Of a stretch of DNA of 64,000 nucleotides, positions 25,620 to 38,529 are shown one piece after another. This stretch comes from Podarcis filfolensis. Taxonomy: Eukaryota. The stretch is from assembly GCA_964270895.1 (NCBI GenBank), contig OZ185436.1; one strand, written 5' to 3'. Positions within the stretch are counted from its first letter, which is position 1. Every line of letters begins with the position of its first letter. Both the position numbers and the translations under genes were made by a program. Below the pieces are notes generated by a model. The model did no database searches. It was not told the DNA's origin and saw only the letters and a program-made list of their open reading frames with translations.

Positions 25620-28600
25620 CCACAACAACACCCTTACTATTTAGTGTGCCTATTTCCAGATAAAAAGGCGCGAGCAAATCGAACGTACAGAACATGGAAA
25701 CGTCGGTGACACGGGACGGACATGCGGTATAGCTGGTTTCGTGTGAAGCCGCGCTTTTGCCGCGGGAGTTTCCAAGCACTTTCAGCAGAGTGCCTCGGGG
25801 CTAAAACCGCGAGGCTTCCTCCCAAGCAGCTCGTTTTGCTCAAATCATACTTTGAGTAAAGTACTTCGGCTTGACTGAGGGGGACGGTAGGATTTTCCAG
25901 CCATGACGGTTTACTTCTGAACTCGAAGGTGGAGATATTCCACTGAAAAGTCAGCTAGGAACAAGTGAGCCGAAAAATTCGAACTGTCAATACTTAGGAG
26001 TAGTATCGGCCCAATTTAAATCTCACTTGCTCATGTGCTTATTTAGAACTGGCGTCCAAAATAGCAAGGAAGGGGTGCGGGGAATTGTCAAGATGTGTTA
26101 ATTGATCCTTGTTTTTATTATTTGTATTAGTGTAACATTATTTGGTTTATTCGAAATGGAGGGAGGAATATCAGAAAGTGGAAAACTTTTACAAGAAAGA
26201 AAAAACAACTCTTATTTTTATTTTTATTTCTGCCCCTGTGGCGTCTTCCAGCGTTGGGGCTTAAATCACTCCAGAACATTATCTATGCTGCCGACGGGAT
26301 AAGGAGAGACAGCTAGAAAAAAAGAAAGGAGTCTCTATGTTCTAGAGGGGCAGAAAGTTTTCTGTTCTTTGAGCCCAACTCCTGGAAATAATTTGGATTT
26401 TATTTTATTTATATTTACTGCCCTCTTTCTTGGTCAGGTCCTAGAAGTCCCAATTCCCCTCATATTCAACTGTCACGTACAATCTAGCTTCTGTTCTAAG
26501 CCGCATGTGTGTTATACAAGCACATACAAGTTTTCAGCAAAAAGATATTCGATAGTCCCCAATGAAGTCACCGGGACTTGCTTCCGAGTAAACATGGTTA
26601 GGATCCTGTAGTTAGCCGAACTTGGGCCGGATCCTAAGGACACCGGCCTCCCCATCCTTGCCACATTTTCCCCGAAACAAATTCCCGTGAGCTCAACGGG
26701 GCTTTCTTTACTTCAGAGGGGAGAAAAATTAACGTCCGCTTTGCAGCCACGTCCACTGGAGTCGGAAGGATTTTCTCAGTAAAGGCGCTTAAAATGTGAA
26801 GAAGGGGCTGTGTAAGCCGTCCAAATTCTCTCGCGCAAGAGGACACGCAGTTGCCTAATAGATTTCAGCGTCCGGGCTGAAAGTGGGGGGGAGGAGAGCT
26901 CACGTCGAAGTGTGAAGTTTCCCGCTCCCCATGTCTTCCTTGTTTCGCGGGGCGGGAAGGGACAGGTTTAAAAGCTAGGGACAGTACAACCGATATAATT
27001 CGGATCCGCTTCAAACCAGTGCCAATGGATTTCTTGTCAAGGGGGAAAGACTGCATCGCGTCGATAGTGGCGCAACTTGCCTTCGGGGGGTGGGGGACGT
27101 CTTCGGTGCCGATTTGGGGACATGATTCCAGAGGGGGGCCCCCACGCAGTAGGATGAGCAGAAAGCCCCCCAACTACATTTTGAGGTATAGAGGGGTGGG
27201 GTAGGAATAAGAGACCATTAAGACGAAAATCACCTCATTGCCTCACACGGCCATCGCGGAGGACAAAAATGCAATAAAAATAAAAATTAGTGAAATCAAT
27301 GTAAACAAATAATAGCCTTCTCTCCGCTTATTTTTCTTCATCTCAAAGAGTCAGTTGATGCTAGATGAGACTCGGGGCAAAATCCCCGAAAACGATCCCG
27401 TGGTTACCGCTGGTGTGGAAGCGAAGCGAAGCCGAATCGGATTCTGTTTAAATAGAAGTCTGCTGCAAGCTCCCAGCGAACATTAAAATGAAGACAATAA
27501 ATGCGCCGAAGGGAGCGAACGGGAAGGGATGTATGGACATGTAGAGGGGGGCTGAACCAGATTAGAAGGGAAATTCAGTTCCCTGTGATCCGAATCTTCT
27601 GTGGTGGCAACATGAAAAATGACAGAAGGCTCCCCGCAAGATTTCAGAGGGAGAGAAAAGTTTCTTTCTCCCCTCCGTCAACCCTCTTTTTGGAGTGAAA
27701 GAAATTTTATGGGTCGCCAAAGCTTGGAAAGGGGGGGGGGGGCAAGCGTGAACTTTCCAACTGAGTCGACAAAAGCTGGTAATCACGAACAGACTCTCTC
27801 AAATGAAAACCCCAGCGAAGTGAAGTTCTTTCAGGATATTCTAACGATTTCAGTCTTGGAAAGAAATTGCAAGAGTGCGCTCTGGAATGAAGAAACCAAC
27901 CCTTGTTTCCCCGCACCTCCAAATACCACACACCAATCTTTCGCTCAATTTAACTCCATTCTCAAGATGCCCCAAAGGTGTTCCTAATTTTCACATTAGC
28001 TGCAATCCTCAGCGTATTAGCCCAGCCCTAAATCCCACTATCTCAATGGGATTTGACTCCCCAGCCGGGGCGATCGGGATTGCAGCTCCGGTTCGCTCCC
28101 CTCCCCAGCCTGCTTAGGAGAAAAAACACTTCGCTTTCTTTCGGGGACTGGGAAGAGATTTGTATTTCATTGTCCAGCAGTCCTCAGTTTCTCAGGAACT
28201 TGACAATAATCCTTTAAAAGTGGGGGGATGGCGAAAGAGGCATCTCCACTCAAAGAACACAAGGGGATGAGGAGTCCCAGAAGATCACTATTCATTAAGA
28301 TCCTTTCAAAATGAGGAGATCAAAGAGAAATGGAATCCGTTGATCCAAATCTGCACAGCTCCCTGACTCATAAGGACACCGAGAGTCTCCTTGCCTAATC
28401 TTGCTTCTTCCCTTTCCGGGGCAGGAAAACTGACTTTTAATTTCTTGGGGTTTTCCGAAGGAAACGATTGAGAAATTCCTCTCTTCTCTCTCTCTCTCCC
28501 TGACTTTATTTTTATATTTAAAATATTGAGCCTGTGGAAAAAGCTGTGCGTGTGCGTGTGTGTGAAAGAGAGATCATGTTTGAGTGCCGGGTGAATGTAT

Positions 28601-29734
28601 GAAAGACTTGCAGGTATTCAGAATCGGCATTTGGGAGTAAGGGATGCGTCTGGATACGCGAAAGGGTTTGCGCACAAGTTTGCGCAAAACTTCGTGGGCA
28701 TTGGAGGGGCTTTGTGCAAAGTAAAGGGCCATTCTACACACGCACTTTATGGGGTTGTTGCTGTTTGCGATGTTTTGGCGTGTTGCCACACGACGTCATC
28801 ATTATTCCGCTACTATTCCGGAATATCTTCCTCAAAAGGACGCTTTTTCTTCCCTCCCCACCATCTGACATCTGTCAAAGATTTGGAACGGATCCTCAAT
28901 ATTTTCTTCAGCGTGGCATGTGCACAAGCACCAGCTCACTTTCTGTGGGGAAAATGGATGGGTGGGTGTGGTTTCGAGTCGTCTGTTTTGCGCTACTTTC
29001 CTGTGCCAGACCTTCAGTTGGGAGGAGAGACATGACAGGTAGGGAAGAGAGTTCGGGGATTAGCTCAGATGGACATATCTTCTAACCTCCCATGCGGTTA
29101 GAATTCCAGTAATACTAGGCATTATATATAAGCAAAGCATAAAATGCCCAGCAATGCTAAAAAGTTATTCCCTCGAAATGCTCATAGCTCCTGCTGGCTG
29201 GAGGAACACGAGGTGGTGGGACTACAGACCCAGAACTTTCCCCAACTTGAGCACAACCGACCATTAATGTGGAAGAGAAAACCTCCCCTCATACTCCGAT
29301 AACAGCCACATGGGACCAAAGGTGCGGACAGACAGCTCCGAATTCACTCTTTAAAAAGTTGGCTCAAAGAGCAACGTTGCCAATGTGACTAGTAAGTGCG
29401 GAAAGGCCCGAACAATTTGCGGGTGAAATGTCTTGGAGTGTGGGTTTACGGATAAGTGACAGAAGAGGCGTTCCTGGCGAAACAAGAAGGGCTGGTAGCT
29501 ATTCACTGACGTGGACACCGCTTGGCACTTGAGGGTGGCGCTTACAGATTTCAGTGCAAGTCAGTTCCCTGGAAGATCGCGGTCCTAAAACCACGTCCCA
29601 GGCAGCAGCGGTGGTGGTGCCTACCCAGCCTGATCCTAGGCACCCTTACTCAGAAGTAAGCGCCACTGAGTTGTGGACAAATGTGCACATGATCGCAACT
29701 ATTCAGCAAACGTGCCTAAATCTTAGATATAGTT

Positions 29735-29947
29735 GAGATTCCTGCATTGCTATGTTATGCATTGTTATGTGGGAATGGGAGTTATTGTTTTGCTGCTTCT
29801 GTTTAAATTATTTACCTGTGTTTTTATCTTGTATTTTACTCTGTGAAGCGTCCTGAGATCTTGTGAGGAAGGGCGGCATATAAATTTAATAAATATATAA
29901 AATAATAATAATTGCAGGGAGTTGGACTAGATGATCCTCGCGGTCCC
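29735..29947 (+). mobile_element. CR1-type SINE tail interrupted by a 160-bp L2-like 3' fragment
   Basis: GAGATTCCTGCATTGC [insert 29751-29910 ending GGGCGGCATATAAATTTAATAAAT...AATAATA] ATTGCAGGGAGTTGGACTAGATGATCC. ATTGC is duplicated on both sides of the insert. Confidence 0.65.
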
Positions 29948-31398
29948 ATAGGTCCTCTTTTTCCAGGGCATGTCCTCTCTTCCATGGGTAGAATCGTCAT
30001 AGCGATCCATAGTTAAAAGTAGGCAACTCATGTGTCCTCTTTTTTGCTCTTCAAAATATGGCAACCCCGGCTGCTGCCCATCACTTCAGTCTTTAGCTCT
30101 GCGAGCGCTTCCTTGCAAGGAAATCCCACTGATCGCAACGGGGCTTATTCCCAAGTAACTGCACAGAATCGTAAGGACGAAAGCGCCTTTTCTTCCGAAA
30201 TGTGTTCCCGGGAATAGTTGGGGAGCGCTTTCGCTCCCAGTACTTCGGGGTCAAAGGGAAGGGCCTCGCTTCCGCGCCAGAATTTGCGCGCCTCACCGTT
30301 TGATCGCACCGGTCCTGCCAGGAGTCATTCCCAATGCATGACGATGCTGGCACCGTCATCAGTCCGTAGAGACTCACACAAGGCAGCTTCCAGAGGAGGA
30401 AGGGACCTCTTCAGTTTGGTTCAGCTCATCTCACCTCCTGGCCGTCAACACAAAACGAACAGGCGTTCCTGAGCCAGTTTCAACACTCTCTGCGGGTGGG
30501 GAAAACGAAGCAGAGATTCTCTCGCATTTTCCTCCCGAGTGGTGCGGAGATACTGGGAAAGGGGGTGGTGTTGCGCGGAACGGCACTTCGGAGAGGCCTC
30601 CCGGGGTAGATCAGTTACAGCCTTGCAGATCAGCAGCTGGGCTTTCTTTTCCGGCAAGAAAGTCAAGCCCAGCCCAGCCCCCGGCCAAGCAGCGCTTTGT
30701 AGCCTGGGATGAATGTGGCAGTGGAGGGTGTGTGTGTGTTCTGAAGTCAACTTGCAGGTGCCGTTCCTTAGCAGCAAACTCACCCTGCTTGGGCTTGTGG
30801 GGGATGACCTTTCTTTTGCTACAGCAAGTGGACGTGAGTACCGTGTTCTTTACAATATTGCCTTTATAGAAAATAATATTGGCCGTGGACAGTTTGTAAA
30901 ATTCACAGGGGATCTGGTTAGGGGCTGTGCAAGTTGGCTCCTTCCACGCCTCCCCCCCAGGAATGATTCATGGCTAACATACTCCCAGTGCAATGCAAAG
31001 GCTTCCTCCGCCCTGGCTCTGTTGCACAGGCTGCAGGCACAGAGACTTTTCAGAGACTCCAGGCCAATTCTTCAGAGCTCCAACTGGCCCTGATGACATA
31101 CACCTTTTGGCTTTTTGGAGGATACCCCCTCCTCATTACCATTTAACAGATTTACCTGCCAGCATCTGGATCCTTTCCTGTAACTTCTCTCTGTAGAAAA
31201 GGGCCAGGGCTCTTATTTAGATGGGCCACTTGGAGGGCAGCTTTATTCCAGGAGTTTATTGGGGCATGTGGAATCCCCTTCTGTCTTCTTTCTTTGCCTG
31301 GAAGCATCGAGAGCCAATCACATCATCTCCAAGAGGCAGGAAGTGACAGAAGGGGTCCATTTCATTTTTTCTACAAAAGCCCAGGAAGGCTTGCCCAA

Positions 31399-31623
31399 TA
31401 CAGTGGTACCTCGGGTTAAGTACTTAATTCGTTCCAGAGGTCCGTTCTTAACCTGGAACTGTTCTTAACCTGAGGCACCACTTTAGCTAATGGTGCCTCC
31501 TGCTGCCGCCAGGCCGCCGGAGCATGATTTCTGTTCTCATCCTGAAGCAAAGTTCTTAACCCGAGGTACTATTTCTGGGTTAGTGGAGTGTGTAACCTGA
31601 AGCGTATGTAACCTGAAGCGTAT
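31399..31623. mobile_element. Tc1/mariner-type MITE lacking its right TIR
   Basis: TA + CAGTGGTACCTCGGGTTAAG left end; collinear with the copy at 1-210 until ...GAAGCGTAT, where L1 sequence begins. Confidence 0.85.
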
Positions 31624-32396
31624 ATTCAACCGTTCTGGACAGCAGTCCTACAAGAGATATGCAAAATAACTAAACAGGTATTAGAACTCACCCCAGAACT
31701 GGCCCTATTGAACATCTTCCAAGGGCATAATGACCACTCACATTATACAGAGCTTATAACATACCTTCTCTCAGCAGCCGGAAGGCTCATAGCCAGATAC
31801 TGGAGAGGCCTGTCAGGACTAAACAAGGACCAATGGTATCGAATTGTATGGGAAATGGCCTTACCAGAAAAGCTAACCAATAAACTGAAACTGTCATGGG
31901 GACAAATAGAAGTGGACACCTTCACCCCAGTATGGGTCCCCTTTATCACATATACAGCCCAACAAAACAACAAGAAGAATCCACTCACAGCATATAAAGC
32001 AATCTGGTTTACCTGACCCAACAAGCCCTTCCCCCCTCACAAATGCAAACAAACCCCACTTCAGCCAACCACAGACAACCAACAACACCCTGCCCCCCAA
32101 AACCTCTCACTACCAAGGAAGTGTAATAAACAAATAGAAAGGGAACCAACCCAGTTGATGATGACACAAAACCCCACATGTACACTGTATAAAAGAATAT
32201 AAAATATAAAAGAATATAAGCCTCACCACCCCTCCTCTCCCCACACTTCTTCCCCAACCTTATACTGTACTCAACACTAATGTCTCACAACAAATGTAAC
32301 TGATTTGTAAGAAAGACTGTACAGCCTGAAAAAGGCATGTACTTTTGTAAACCAAGAAAAGCTTTAATATTTTTTTTAAAAAAATAAAATTAAAAT
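31624..32396 (+). mobile_element. 5'-truncated L1-clade LINE: ORF2 C-terminus, 3' UTR and A-rich tail
   Basis: Uninterrupted frame 31624-32016: IQPFWTAVLQEI...LITYLLSAAGRLIARYW...W..VWEMA..EKLT...F.PVWVPFITY, matching the non-mammalian L1 ORF2 C-terminal pattern. Followed by a C/A-rich 3' UTR and an A-rich end. Confidence 0.8.
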
Positions 32397-34174
32397 GCCT
32401 CTGATTGAATCAAGGCTTTTCAAATCAGGCATCATCAAATCTCAAATTGTGCAACAAGAAAAATATGTGGTTAGAAAATTTTCACGCTGCAGATGGATTG
32501 AGTTGCAACTGATCAGTGTATTTGATCCCGGTTGAGGTCTGGTGCAAAAAGACATGTTAAAACAATTTAAGGCTACAGTCATGAGCACATTTACGAGGGT
32601 GTAGGTCTCCTTGAGCTCAGTGAGGTTTACTTCTGAGTAATGATGCCCGGGGATCATGCAGCAAGCTGGTTCCAACTTCCATGCAGTGTATGTAAGAACA
32701 GTCCCATTCTTCATGCGGCCATTCTTTTTGGTTGTGTGTGGTACACAGATGGACCTGGGCTCCCCGGTCACTTGAGGAATGATGCAGCTTGTCTTTCACA
32801 ATTTATGAGTCTTTTGTAGGCAAGGAAGTTCAGAGCCTAAATACCATCTATATTAGATTATTAGTTGCTCCCCCTCCCCTTATCTCCAGTTCTTTCCTCA
32901 GTCTCCAAGTGGCTAACATAAAATCCCAATCTGGACCAATAAAGGGAAAGAGGTCGACATGACTTTGTATTTGTTTGCTTAGATAGCTTTGATTGGCAAG
33001 ACTGTGCTTTATTTAGTCTTTTCTGTAGGATTTGACCTAATCTGATTGTTACTCATGGTGGCTGTTTGATCCAACATGTTAAAGAGTGAATTGGCAGCTA
33101 ATTATTTGCATCTTTTGTCTCATGTCTTTGTTATTAGAATGTGAATGTGGTTTTTCCCCTTTCACACTAATGGCGGCTTGTGTCTTAACTGAGAAAAGTC
33201 CTGTGCCTATAGTCACACCCCTCACATACCCTCATGTTCCTCCAGCCAGTGGAAGAAAGAGAGAAAAGGGGAATCTCAGGTCAGGAATCACTTACTCAGC
33301 AGCCCCAGCCAAGGACTGAGTATGTACTATAGAACTGAGCTGGAGTTTATTACCACCCACATTTTGTAGCCCTCTACATCTCCTGGCTTCCCCAATCCAT
33401 CCCTGGAGTGAGCTGTACTGTTGTTCTTTTGATATGCATTTGGACCGACTCTCAATGCTCTTAAGAATGAGTATGAGACAAAGTGCCTCTGACATTATTT
33501 CCTTTCATATGTTGATCTAAGCAGCCTAGTGTGCCTGGAATGAGCTAATTCCTACTAATTTACTGAATTAATTCAAAAAATCTCTAAATTACATCTGAAA
33601 GGAGTTCTGATAATTTCTGGGTGAACTGAATGTGAATTAAGTTCCTATTGTGGTGGAACTTTGGGTAATTTTAAATTCAGTTCAGCACACACACACACAG
33701 GTTTCATCACACTTAACTCTTGTGTTTGACTGCAGCCACTGTGCCTACTATTTGTACCTACAGTATCTGAGAACGGATGCTGCTGTTTAAGCTGAAAGAG
33801 TACAATCACTGGGAAAATAAATGACAACGTTGTTCACATTACACTCCATGTGCGTTCAGATGGTTTCTTAGTTTGCTTAACTATATTTTAAACGTTAGCT
33901 GGAGAAAATGCCAAGTACCACATGAATGAATTGCGAATTGAACTCAAATCGAATTAGTTCTTTTTTGAAGGAGGCAATCTTGAACTGGACTGAATTTCCT
34001 TTTGGAGGGCATGAAATGGAAATGAAACTAATTCCCTTTCAAAATGAGCTATCCTAGCCCTGGGTTTGCCTAAAAAGAGAGCAGCATTTGCTCTGATTCT
34101 GGTAGAACAAGGGCTGATATCTATGTTTCAGCTACCATGTGGCTGTTGTCCTGGACTGAATCAGTGGGCTTTTA

Positions 34175-34261
34175 ATACTCCATTTTCATCATAGCTATAT
34201 GATACTCCATTTTCATCATTGGACATTTCATCATTGGACATACTCCATTTTCATCATTGGA
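34175..34261. repeat. Irregular local tandem duplication of ATACTCCATTTTCATCAT
   Basis: Three full copies and one partial copy, joined by variable spacers. Confidence 0.85.
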
Positions 34262-35289
34262 GATTTGAACTGATTGATGAAAATTTCATACAAATAGCTT
34301 TCCCCTTTGTGACCAACAGGTCCCAGTTCCAATGCACATTGCAATGTGGTCCTTTTGAGTGGGGAGCAGAAACAAATGGGCATCATAGAGATGCATGGAT
34401 TGAGTGGATTTGTTTCCCCATTTCTGTGGCCAATCCACACTACTTGCAGGTTTTAGTTTCATATCAGAAGTTCAGGGTGTTTGTCAGTTTAATCTTTCCT
34501 TCAACTCTGTGGTTGTATCAGCCAAGTAGTGGAGCAATTTCAAGCAGTCTCCATAGTCTTATGTCTGTAATGTGTAAATCAGGCCTAACTTCATTTTGTA
34601 ATGTTGCCATGTTCAGCCAAAGGGAATCATTTTCATGTTGTAACACAACTCCCTCCTTTGGGTTTCATTGGCTGAGTGGGTTCGGGGTGTACTCTTATTC
34701 TCTGTCATAAACACCCAGGCAGCTCCATTTCTTCTCCCAAGAAACCGGAAGTCATTATACTTTTTTTTTTGCCTTGACCTGCCCCTAAAGTTTTAATCCC
34801 TCTTTCTGCAAACACCGTTCTTTGCTGGCTCAAGGCCATTTGGCTTGAATGGGGAGGAGTGTTTTCCAGCGCTCCAAGGAGAGATGAGTAGGAGTGACAT
34901 GACAGAGTTGAGTCAAGAAAAAATGTGGGCTGGATGTCAAATAACTTTTTATTTTTTTATTTTTTAGTTAGATGGATGGAGTGTGGACATTGCTCGAGGG
35001 AAGAGGTAGAAATCGAATGGCTGGAATATCTGAAACAGTGCTGGGGAATGGAAAGACACAGAGAACAATTGTGGTTGCGTCAAACAAGGAAGAAAAGTAA
35101 ATAAATAAATAAAGTCCTTCACTTCCATTTCTCTTTTTAGAGCACAAATACACAGTGTGTTCACTCGAGCCAGACAGACAGAGAGAACAATGCCCTTTTA
35201 TGAACTTTTAATGTTTGGGCCAATCAAACTGATGGATCTTTCCCGCATTCATTAACTATTTACACTGGAACCAATGCATCAGAAGTTAT

Positions 35290-35428
35290 GGGGACTTAGC
35301 TCAGTTGGTAAAGCACGAGATTCTTCATTTCAGAGTTGTGGGTTTGAGCCCCACGTTGGGCAAAAGAGTCCTGCATTGCAGAGGGTTGGACTAGCTGACC
35401 CTTGTGGTCCTTTCTATGATTTTTCTAG
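35290..35428 (+). mobile_element. tRNA-Lys(CUU)-derived SINE with CR1-like tail
   Basis: TAGCTCAGTTGGTAAAGCACGAGATTCTTCATTTCAGAGTTGTGGGTTTGAGCCCCACGTTGGGC, followed by the CCTGCATTGCAGAGGGTTGGACTAG tail. Confidence 0.85.
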
Positions 35429-36967
35429 AATTGAGGAAGGAAGCCCATTGATTACGGCGAGAGTCACTTCCAAGTCAACCAGTGGAAGATCAAACTGCCA
35501 TTGTTATTATCCCTCTGCATATTTACTGAAATTTGTGGGACTTCTAATTTGCATAGGATCATAATGTAAAGCAACCTTTGCCAGCCTGGTCCCAATGTTC
35601 TTAGACTATAACTCGCATCAGTATCAGCTAGCCCAACTGTGCTATATATACATGGTGCCGATGGAATTTTGAAGGCACCAGAGTTAAAAGGCTGCTGTAA
35701 AGCTCAAGATTGAGCAGAGATTCTACAAGCATAATTGAGAAGTACTTTAACATCTGAAGCCTGTTGTTGCTGTTGCTTAAAAGCACATGGAATGCAAACA
35801 CGGCTCATAGAGTACAACTGATTAAAAAATGACTCTCTTCTGATTTCTATCTCACATCAACAGCACACAAAACTCAAGAGCTGGCTATTTTTGCATGTCT
35901 GCTTAGGAATAATAAACACTGGGCAATCTCAGGTAAATGGGCATAAGATTCCAGCCTGATTATGTTATATATGCAAATATCTTAAGAGCACATTTGATTT
36001 CCTATTTATTAAACCAGCCCCATTTATATTTTGCTCAAAAATATTAGTACAATGTAGTGACAGACATCTAACTACCCCAAACTATATGCACTGTGCTTAG
36101 CAACATTTGCCAGTTTCAGTGTTTCCTGGGATTTGGCAACTGAGTGGAAGCCATTTCATCCCTTTGGTTTTACCAAGTTGAAACACTCCTGCAGCCAGCA
36201 ACCTCCTGCCTTGCACATTTCCCAGATAATTACAGATTAGAACAGGCTAATTTTTATTTTCGCAAAGCCGCCGGAGATCTATGTTTGTTATTATTGTCTC
36301 CTAGGTTGCCACTTGCATAAATACATATGTAAAGCCCTTTGATCTGCAGGCATAATGACATAGATTTATCAAATGTTTGCTTTTTTCCATTATTCTTTTT
36401 TTTTTTAAAAAAGCTTGATTTATTGAGTGCAATCCCTGCCGCCCTCCCTCTCTTGAAATATGAAGTGTTCATGAATAGCTAAGGTAATATTTAATATCCT
36501 CCCAAGAAGCCTTTGCACTTTCTAACAAATGAACTACAACCTAACCAAATGGCTCACATCTGTTTAGCCTCCTCTCTTTTTAACTAAACAAATTAGCATT
36601 AGAATACCTGGGAGACAACATACAAAGTCCCCTTTCTAGATGACAGAACACAGACAATTATTAGCAAGGGGAAAACAGTCCTGAAAGACGCCGGCCTGAC
36701 TTGAGCAGATGTTTTCACATCTCCTGTAGTGCCCCTGAATGAGTTGTACCCCAGCGGACACACTGCCCCGGTCTTTTGAAGTGGGCCAGGGAAACCATTC
36801 ACAGCCCTCTGATGAATGGAAACTTGCTCACTTAAATGTTTCATTTAAAATCCCTCCCTGCAAGACCAGCATGTTACCTTCAAAACATCAACATCAACAA
36901 ATCTATTGTTTTTAACTAGTTTGTTTTTAGTCCTGTGCATTTAATTATTTTAAATGTCGTAAGACCA

Positions 36968-37290
36968 NNNNNNNNNNNNNNNNNNNNNNNNNNNNNNNNN
37001 NNNNNNNNNNNNNNNNNNNNNNNNNNNNNNNNNNNNNNNNNNNNNNNNNNNNNNNNNNNNNNNNNNNNNNNNNNNNNNNNNNNNNNNNNNNNNNNNNNNN
37101 NNNNNNNNNNNNNNNNNNNNNNNNNNNNNNNNNNNNNNNNNNNNNNNNNNNNNNNNNNNNNNNNNNNNNNNNNNNNNNNNNNNNNNNNNNNNNNNNNNNN
37201 NNNNNNNNNNNNNNNNNNNNNNNNNNNNNNNNNNNNNNNNNNNNNNNNNNNNNNNNNNNNNNNNNNNNNNNNNNNNNNNNNNNNNNNNNN
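36968..37290. other. Assembly gap (323 N)
   Basis: Run of N. Confidence 1.
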
Positions 37291-37479
37291 ATTGGTGTGC
37301 TTTGGGCAAAAGTTTTTTTCTAGCCATAACTAGGTGGCAAGAAAGAAACAGGGCATTGGAACGAGCTCTTAATTTGAAAGCCTAGCAATGTGTCATTTTC
37401 CCTGGGGGATCTATAAGAATGCCAATGCATAGAACCACAAGATCTGACCTCATGAAGCCTCCCTTTAAAAGTCTCCAGA

Positions 37480-37650
37480 AACAGATTGCCCAACTTCCAC
37501 AGTCAACTTATTCTGTGGCCCGCTTCTTACAGTTAGGAAGGTATTCACCTGATTTCAGCTCTGCTGAAAGTTTAATTTGATGCCTCTTGTCCTTTCAGTG
37601 CTTCCCTCATGTCCTTGTTTCCCTGAGGTTTTAAACCTGTCTCTTGACAG
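37480..37650 (-). mobile_element. Old CR1 fragment (3' portion)
   Basis: CTTACAGTTAGGAAGGTATTCACCTGAT...AATTTGATGCCTCTTGTCCT resembles the reverse complement of the CR1 ORF2 3' region (recall). Confidence 0.45.
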
Positions 37651-37662
37651 TGCCACTTGAGT

Positions 37663-37667
<5 letters not shown>

Positions 37668-37709
<42 letters not shown>

Positions 37710-37722
37710 AAAAGAAAGAAAA
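37668..37722. repeat. (GAAA)n microsatellite
   Basis: Seen directly. Confidence 0.95.
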
Positions 37723-37831
37723 GTTTTCTACTCATAGAAAACTAGCATGTTGGGCAGAAGGATATTCTAGAAGATTTCTCTTTGACATCTAGTTTTCTGG
37801 AGAAGTATGCAATTGGAGAAGTATGCAGTTA

Positions 37832-38230
37832 TGAAACACAGCTGCCTTATAACAGGTCAATTCATTGGTCTATCTAGCCCAGTGGTGTCCAAACCTTTTC
37901 AAAAGAGGGCCAGATATGATGAAGTGAAGGGCCGTGAGGGCCGACCAAAGTTGTTAACCTTTTTTTAGGAGTGAAGTTGTTGAGCGTTTTTTTTTTAGGA
38001 TTTTACCCCAGGAAATTAACTGCCACAGGGGCTGGATTAAACTGACCGGCAGGCTGAATTAGGCCCCCAAAATGGACTTTGGACATGCCTGATCTAGCCC
38101 ATTATTGTCTACTCTACACCAACAAGCAGTGTCCCTCTCAGTCAGAAGTTTTCCCCAGCTCTAAATGGAGGTGCCAATGACATTTTTTTTCATGCAGAGC
38201 AGGTGCTCTACAACAGAGTGACACTCCTTC
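37832..38230 (-). mobile_element. tRNA-derived SINE (same family as 3006-3200) split by a hAT MITE
   Basis: GCTGCCTTATA...CATTGGTCTATCTAGCC resumes as ATCTAGCCCATTATTGTCTAC after the MITE, and ends in GCAGGTGCTCTACAACAGAG (A-box region in reverse). Confidence 0.7.
37880..38091. mobile_element. hAT-Charlie-like MITE (212 bp)
   Basis: TIRs CAGTGGTGTCCAAA / TTTGGACATGCCTG and a perfect 8-bp TSD ATCTAGCC (37872-37879, 38092-38099), similar to the Charlie target preference NTCTAGAN. Confidence 0.9.
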
Positions 38231-38529
38231 TCCAAAGAGACAGAAAGGCATGCACCTGCCAGAACATGGATCTGGGTTACACTGTGCATGATGCCACTAT
38301 ACCACTGGCACAACTGTTAGCCCTCACCTGCAATTCGAAGCAAGGCAACGCAGATGTTGGCTTACCACTTCAGTGAGAAGTGGGCCTTTGGGGAGGAGCT
38401 GCTCCAGGTTTTCCTTCCCTGCATGTCTAGATACCCGAGAGCTGCTATCATTTCTTTCCATCCACCCTTCTTTCCTCTAGGCTAACTAACCGCGACAAGT
38501 TTCTACAGTTCCCCCCCTCCTGTGTCATG

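Noticed and set aside
32017-32330. C/A-skewed stretch resembling a mitochondrial insertion
   Set aside because: It directly follows the L1 ORF2 stop and ends in an A-rich tail, so it is the L1 3' UTR. No mitochondrial gene motifs.
34219-34710. 163-aa plus-strand ORF and the minus-strand frames of the same region
   Set aside because: I translated the minus-strand frames by hand and recognised no protein family. The plus ORF has a TTG start inside a tandem repeat. A tBLASTx search would settle whether it is a decayed element.
35290-35365. tRNA-Lys(CUU)-like sequence
   Set aside because: The anticodon arm and B box are mutated and it continues into a SINE tail. It is a SINE head, not a tRNA gene.
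36935-37333. Two ORFs spanning the N gap
   Set aside because: Artefacts of translating N bases.
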